From: Zygnema circumcarinatum SAG 698-1b
Taxonomy: Eukaryota; Plantae; Zygnematophyceae
NCBI GenBank assembly: GCA_037447605.1
Contig: CM074815.1
Location: 2,542,001 to 2,606,000, forward strand
Length of the DNA stretch: 64,000 nt
Reading direction: 5' to 3'
Within the stretch, counting starts at the first letter, position 1. The number at the start of each line of letters is the position of its first letter. The notes below the pieces were generated by a model, which was not told where the DNA came from, made no database searches, and saw only the letters and a list, made by a program, of their open reading frames with translations. The translations under genes and the position numbers were made by a program. Shown here piece by piece: positions 54,314-64,000 of this stretch.

Positions 54314-56282
54314 CTGCCTGAACTCAAAACTCTGAGCCCTCTCTCCCTCCCCCTTTCTCTCTCCCTCTCTCTCTCCGTCCCCCTCTCTCCCTCGACCCTG
54401 TACGTGCGCAGTCTCCGCAGAGCCACACCCTCCATGGAAGGTCCTCGAAGGTCTCTGAGTGCGACGTGGCCCAATCGGCGACAAGTTTTGGTGACACGTG
54501 GCACAAAGTAAGTGGTCGATTCTCAAAGGGAAAGTCTGACGTGGCTTTACAAACGCGAGGCGACACATGTGCAGAATCACCCGAATTGCTCCCGTTGCGT
54601 GAACAGGCAACTGTAGTTTCGTGTCGTTCGTATGTGATAGTTGAGAGCCTGTCCAGTTCTACGCGATCCCAGCAGTTTTGTAGTTTATTGCAATTCGGTC
54701 TACTGTATGCTCGGCTACATGTTGAGTTACAGCTATTTGAAACTGTAACAATTTCTATGAAGGGATCGGCCGACAACTCGTGGGCCAATCTTCGCCGTCG
54801 GTTTAGATCGGTTGAGATCTGTCACGATCGGTCTGGATCAGTCCAGACCGGTCTAGATCGGTTCAGATCAACAGAATTGTTCAATAAAGCCGCGACGTGC
54901 TGTCCATCCCCACACATGCACTCAACAACAACCTAGCGATCTATGTGGACAGAGTCCCTCGTAGATCCAAAATTTCGCCACTGTCAACGGATTTCTGGGC
55001 AGCATGGATCCGCCTTGGAAGGTCGTCATCGAGGGATCCTGCCGTCCAGAATTCAACCAAGGAGGTGATCCCACGTGGTAAATGACAGCTGACACTGCTC
55101 GCTACAGTCCACAATTTGTACAATCTACCGTACGGAATAGATGCGATTTGAATTCCAGAAGAATCGCTACAGACAAAAACGAGTCGGTTTCATTTTGTCG
55201 TTTTTTGCTTCAAAAGACTTCGACTGTAGTCGTCCGGAACCTAAATGAACGTTCCTTTATGAGTGCAAGGAAGATGGGACAAAATGGTACAAAAGTCCAA
55301 CTCCAGTAAAATATTTCCACGTGATAACAATTGTCCATGTGTCAATCATTTATTGGTTGTGCACTGCACCAAATATCTAACCCAAATACATAGGCCAGGG
55401 AGACTCAGACTCCTAAAAAAAGCGACGGTCAAAAAAAAATTATTTCTCAAATTCTGGCTGACGTGACGAAACCGCATTGGTTCTAAGCAAAAGGAAGTAT
55501 TTCATCTTGATAAGGCCAAAATCATGCAAATGAATCAAATCCAAAAATATGTTGGACGAAAAGGACCGAGATTCTCCCCCGCGGCCGCAAATCTGCCGTC
55601 CGTATGGAACACGTGGCAACCTAAGTTCGTCATCGGCCGTACGCTCTGCACTTGTTCGTACGCCCAAAACAGTACTCATCCAGCCGACAATCATAACCAT
55701 ATTTGTCGTCTAGTGCATAGCTTGGACACGTCCGTACATTTTCGGTTTCCGGCAGCGTATCTTAACCTCCTCCACCAGCCGCCCGCGGCCGACCGATGTC
55801 CGTGCGCTCTTGGCTTGCTAGTTCTTTTGTCGTTTGTGGTATCCACCCCCTAATTTTGACTGCATGCCGTCAGAAATGTCATCCGTCGTTTGTCGGGACT
55901 TGGCGACAGTGAGCCAGCGCGTCGCTGCAATGTCGGTGTAATGTCGGTCTCCCGATGTCGGTCTCCCTCTCCCTCTCTCGCTCCGCACGGGACCGTGAAA
56001 GGGCCCGAAGGGGGGCGAGCCCGTACGCGCTCCTTCAAGCTCCGATTTAGGGGAAACAAAAAAAAATAGCAAAAATCCTTTCCTTCTTAAAAAAGAGAAA
56101 AAAAAATTATGCATACAACATGTATATATTAATGTGAGTGAGGCCGATTTTAGAGTGTGCGGAATTTCCCGAATTTGTGAGTCATTTCTTTTTGCAATTT
56201 CCCCTTCTACCTTGCCCTTGAGAGGATGTGGGAGGCGCGGGCCGGGCGGAGGCCGACCTCGTGGTCCAAAAAGAGGCCCAAA

Positions 56283-59404
<3,122 letters not shown>

Positions 59405-61380
59405 GGTTTTGTCGAAGGAGACTCGAGTTTTGAAGTTTTTTGCAGAAAACTGAGGCAGTAGGATTGTTAAAGGATAACTGGAATGCGGAGTTTGTTGTAG
59501 AAAACTAAGTGCGGCGATCGGGCTGTGTCGGCAGTGGAGGTTGGAGCACAGAGGGTTATGTGGGCGAAGAGTTTGGAAAAAAATAGGGTTTAATTTTTTT
59601 TTCCAATATCATCTATGCAAGTGGAGGTAGTGAAAACATGGCTCTGTAGAAGACCAGAAAAACCCCTAAACCCCTAAAACCCTAGATACCCTAGGACCCC
59701 TGGAAGTAGCATAGACCTATCCAGGGCTTCTTTGTACAAATATGGAAAGAGTGTTTTTTGCATTGCATGTGTAGATGCATCGCCGGCAAAAGGTGGAACT
59801 CGGCTGTAGACGCTCTAGTTCCAGGTTTTGCCGCGAAAACTGCCAATTGTAATTTTTTTTTGTAAATATTGTACCTCTATCGTAGCATATAAACACACTG
59901 CGCCTATTTTTTTTTTTATTGCGGGTGTTTCAGTCTTCGTTTCTAGAAAAGGCATTTTTTTTTTTGTCAAAATTAAGAGTTTGGGGGCCGTGAGACTTCC
60001 TCTTTATTTCCTCCTATCACTTTGCAGTTTGCCTTGATCACAAGCAGTCTGGACTTATTGCTGCAATACATCCAGACTATTATTATTATTATTGTTTTTA
60101 TTTACAATTATTGTTATTATTATTTTGTTATTAGATTATTGCTCTAATGCATCCAACAGGCATCTAATCCTGTAGCTGCATCAACATCTCTCTCACCTCT
60201 CCGTCTCTCTATCCTCCTCCCCCATTCGAGCCATCCATGGAACTCCAAAATGCTGGCCTTGATCTGCAGTGATCTTCTCATACTTTAATAGATTGATAAC
60301 CACAACTGTAGACCCTCAACAGTGGGATCCACTGGATCCACTTCCCTACTAAGATAAACAATGTGGTGGATCCGGATCCAAAACCTAAAACCCTCGACTT
60401 GTTGTTGGATATCTTGATCCTGTCGGCTGCACAGCTCCAAGTGGATTCGAACTCCTCGAAGAAAATGGAGTACAGCCCCGGAGTCTAAGGGTAGCTGACT
60501 GGCTAAATTTTGAGCAAAGGATAAAGTAATAGGGCAAAAGTTTAGCTCTGCCCCCCTGCTCCTTTCTAACGCTATAAATCGTAATAGCCCAATATTCCGA
60601 TCATTCTATGCGTACTTCTTCCTTATTGTTTCAGATTCGGGTTTTTAGGGTTTTTAGGGTTCTAGTCCCTCTATCTGTACACTATATATAGAATGGCCAA
60701 TCAGACCTGCCGTGTTCCCACTGAGAACAGCGCCATAGCGCCCTGTTTAGACTCTGACCAAATCTTCTAAGGACCGGGGACAACTGTTGGAAACTAGAGC
60801 CTGGTCTCTCTCACTTGCTGCACTCTCAGACATCCTTGCACTTCAGCGAACACACCCTCCCAATGCACACACCGGAAAGAGAATGAAAGCTGAAAAGAAA
60901 AGAACACCGAGAAGTGAAGTAAGAGGAGAAAGCCCCACCGGCTCAAAACTCCTTAAAATAGATAAGAAGGGTTACACACAGAAACTCAGCCCTCAGGCGA
61001 TTCCTACTGCTCTGCCCTACACTCCTATCTACTGCTGCCCATACAGCAGGCCTCTACACTCAGCACCACAAGCCGAGATGCAAGGTTCTAAGGGTAACTA
61101 GCACTATGCACTAAGCAAACTAAATACTAGCCGCTGAAGCACCTCCACGTTCCACCGCGTGCCACCGCGTGCCACCTCCATGTCGTCGAGGTCGCTCCGC
61201 GCCTTCTGGAGTTCGCTCCGCGCCGCGCGGGAGCTCAGCTCGGGAGGCCGCCATGGGGAGGGGAGCGTCCGTACCGAAACCCTCCTCCGAAAGCTCCTCC
61301 GTCGCTCCGAAACTTCCGCGCTCCTTCGCGTCTCCAATAATCCGTACTAAGCTAACTCATAGCCGCGCGACTATCGTTGC

Positions 61381-61600
61381 GCGCCACGTGTCAACACAAC
61401 ACTTAGGGCCAGTTTCCATCAGCCCGTTATTCCGACGTGGCGTCGTAATGGACGACGACCCATGGGTTCCATGAGGCCGTTTCCACCAACGTGGCGCCGA
61501 CGTGGCTGCCACGTGGTAACGAGGCACCGTTCCACAGGACGACCATTCGCGTGCCACCACGTGGCTACCAAAGATACGCCAGCGTGCGACTGCCACGTTG
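61381..61600. promoter_or_regulatory. Dense ABRE/G-box (ACGTGGC/GCCACGT) cluster
   Basis: Seven ACGTGGC or GCCACGT cores within ~215 bp. The associated gene was not identified. Confidence 0.45.
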
Positions 61601-62429
61601 GCTGGAAGCCGTCAACGCTCGGTGACCGCCGGTCGTGGTCGCAGGTCGCTTCAGCGCCGAGGAAACTTCCGAAGGTGCAGCCATGGCTGCCAACTTATCT
61701 GGAAAACCACGAGAAGAAGCCCGAGTGCCTGCGAACGGACAACGGGCGTTTCATGAGTCAGTCAGCCAAAGGGCGTAGAAGCTCGTTGCAGGAGGGAGGG
61801 CTGCAGAGTTAAGCTCTGGCACTTAACCCTAGAATAGGGGATGAGCACGGGGGGGGCTCTCTTCCCATTCTCGCCTTAGGATTAGGGTTTGGAGACGGCT
61901 CTGGAGCATGCCGGAAGGGGGGGGGGGTGTGTCCCTTTACTTCTCGTGCCGATGGAGATTTTTTGTTAGAGGGAGGAGGGAGATCGCACTCTATGAAGGT
62001 CTAATGGTTGTGTCGCTGCTACTCCGCGCTTTAGAAGCAATTGATTAGGGTTGTAATTATTATTATTCTTTTTGTTTAATTAATTTGAGTACGTGATTGG
62101 CAATTTTTCACTTTCAGATTTTTGCTTCCATTCTCTTGGATGGCTTTTTCTAATGATGCTTGTGTTTTGGAGAGGAAAAAAACGAAATTGGAGTGGCTTT
62201 GCGGCACCAAAGCCAATGGCTAAAAAATGAGGGAAAAATAAAGGGAAAGAAGAAAGATTGAGGAAGGTGTAGAGAAATAGAGGTGTGCATAGAAACCATT
62301 GCCTCTTTGTTTTTGTTTTTCGAAAATGATTTTTTTTCGCTTTATCTTTGCCATTTTTTGTCTCTTTGTGTGCCTTTGTAGTCTGTAGTTGTTTATGTAA
62401 TAATTTTTCCGTAGGGTTGTATGTAATTC

Positions 62430-63214
62430 GCAAGAAGCAAGAAGCAAGCAGCAAGAAGCAAGAAGCAAGAAGCAAGAAGCAAGAAGCAAGGAGCAAGAAG
62501 CAAGAAGCCAGAAGCCAGAAGCCAGAAGCCAGAAGCCAGAAGCCAGAAGCCAGAAGCCAGAAGCCAGAAGCCAGAAGCCAGAAGCCAGAAGCCAGAAGCC
62601 AGAAGCCAGAAGCCAGAAGCCAGAAGCCAGAAGCCAGAAGCCAGAAGCCAGAAGCCAGAAGCCAGAAGCCAGAAGCCAGAAGCCAGAAGCCAGAAGCCAG
62701 AAGCCAGAAGCCAGAAGCCAGAAGCCAGAAGCCAGAAGCCAGAAACCAGAAGCCAGAAGCCAGAAGCCAGAAGCCAGAAGCCAGAAGCCAGAAGCCAGAA
62801 GCCAGAAGCCAGAAGCCAGAAGCCAGAAGCCAGAAGCCAGAAGCCAGAAGCCAGAAGCCAGAAGCCAGAAGCCAGAAGCCAGAAGCCAGAAGCCAGAAGC
62901 CAGAAGCCAGAAGCCAGAAGCCAGAAGCCAGAAGCCAGAAGCCAGAAGCCAGAAGCCAGAAGCCAGAAGCCAGAAGCCAGAAGCCAGAAGCCAGAAGCCA
63001 GAAGCCAGAAGCCAGAAGCCAGAAGCCAGAAGCCAGAAGCCAGAAGCCAGAAGCCAGAAGCCAGAAGCCAGAAGCCAGAAGCCAGAAGCCAGAAGCCAGA
63101 AGCCAGAAGCCAGAAGCCAGAAGCCAGAAGCCAGAAGCCAGAAGCCAGAAGCCAGAAGCCAGAAGCCAGAAGCCAGAAGCCAGAAGCCAGAAGCCAGAAG
63201 CCAGAAGCCAGAAG
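62430..63214. repeat. Heptamer satellite: ~11 x GCAAGAA followed by ~100 x GCCAGAA
   Basis: 785-bp nearly perfect array with a sharp switch of unit type and a single AGAAACC variant near 62741. Confidence 0.96.
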
Positions 63215-64000
63215 TCTATGGCGGAAACACGACCAATCAGACAAAGCTGAGCTTTGAAACATTCCTGACAGCAGCTAGACTCTTTCTGGCTCTAGCTCTA
63301 CTTTTCAAGATTAATGTATCAACTGTGCAGTAATGTGCCTTGATGCGGAATTAGCAAAAAATGGAGCTCAGTGTCTGCAAGCACGTAATTACTTTCGAAT
63401 GCAGCCCCTGAACGTTCTCAAGGTGCAGGTGCAGGAATGGATTGAGCACTTAGTGGCGTCGGGGGACAAAACAGACTTCCCTCGAAATGTATATTTTCTC
63501 TCACAGTCGCGAATGGGGGGCCATACACAATTGTGATTTGTAATGCTTTAGCTCACCCGTTCAACATACATATCCTCTCAATTTCTCAGTAATGGATTCA
63601 GCTGAACTTAATCTTCATGCTCTTTGTTGGAAACAATTCAGAAGTTGTTCCATGTGTACCTGCTGTTGAGAAAGTACATCACCGAGTACAAGATGGCTTA
63701 CGAACGAGAGTGGCCAATTGCTGGTGTGCAGATTATGAAGGCACCAGCATTAGTGGAGCATTAGTGGAGCACCAGCAACAAGAGGGCTCTTCGATCCATA
63801 CTGTTGCCGGAGAGTGTTGCTAGTACTACCAAACCTGGGAGAAGACGACGCAGAAAGGGAACGGAAGCCTCCGGCCGTGGAATTGCGAGGCAAACGCCGC
63901 GAATGACGTTGCCGCGAAAGGTAGGGAAAGGAGGGGACGAGAAGGGAGGGGGGAGGTGGCGGCTGCAGTGGCGGCGTCCGTCGCCTCCTGCAAACCCTAA

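Noticed and set aside
59500-62000. Several short ORFs (60787-61101, 61104-61337, 61462-61812) as genes or retroelement remnants
   Set aside because: No recognisable domain, LTR pair or consistent exon chain could be supported by eye. Left unresolved.
62348-63262. (QKPEARS)n and (LLASGFW)n ORFs
   Set aside because: A 7-bp unit with no stop in any frame gives ORFs automatically.
63333-63823. Short ORFs near the window end
   Set aside because: No homology recognised and frames close quickly on both strands.

Overview
Eukaryotic, intron-rich nuclear DNA from a green-lineage organism. The gene set (RGP/UAM, zf-XS/XS/XH protein, cpSRP54, plastid EngB and MsrA, group-C Raf kinase, PAS hybrid histidine kinase), the gene density and the TTTAGGG/TTAGGG motifs suggest a streptophyte alga or non-seed plant; this is inference and the species is not identified. 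I reconstructed about 10 multi-exon genes by hand from GT-AG junctions, in order: papain-like protease with an EGF-like tail (+), RGP-like (-), PAS-HisKA-HATPase-REC-REC kinase (+), an orphan gene (-), IDN2/FDM-like (-), EngB GTPase (+), HMG/AT-hook/MNM1-like protein (-), cpSRP54 (+), Raf-like kinase (+), MsrA (-) and a PEPKR/PPCK-like kinase (+). Introns are inflated by CT/GA microsatellites, which produce most of the long ORFs in the track. There are four N gaps (2635-2734, 26319-26328, 44161-44170, 53253-53262). The most notable signals are: (1) a 73-bp intronic stem in the IDN2/FDM-like gene whose 10 mismatches are all G:U in the sense RNA; (2) a 916-bp foldback built from a 167-bp self-inverted module; (3) a cpSRP54 carrying both the SRP-RNA-binding motifs and a cpSRP43-type tail; (4) active-site-altered RGP and papain proteins; (5) a tandem amplification of a splice donor; (6) G-box/ABRE cores inside transit-peptide exons. 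The 59.5-64 kb stretch remains largely unexplained. No rRNA, tRNA, CRISPR array or transposase was recognised. All counts and alignments are by eye.
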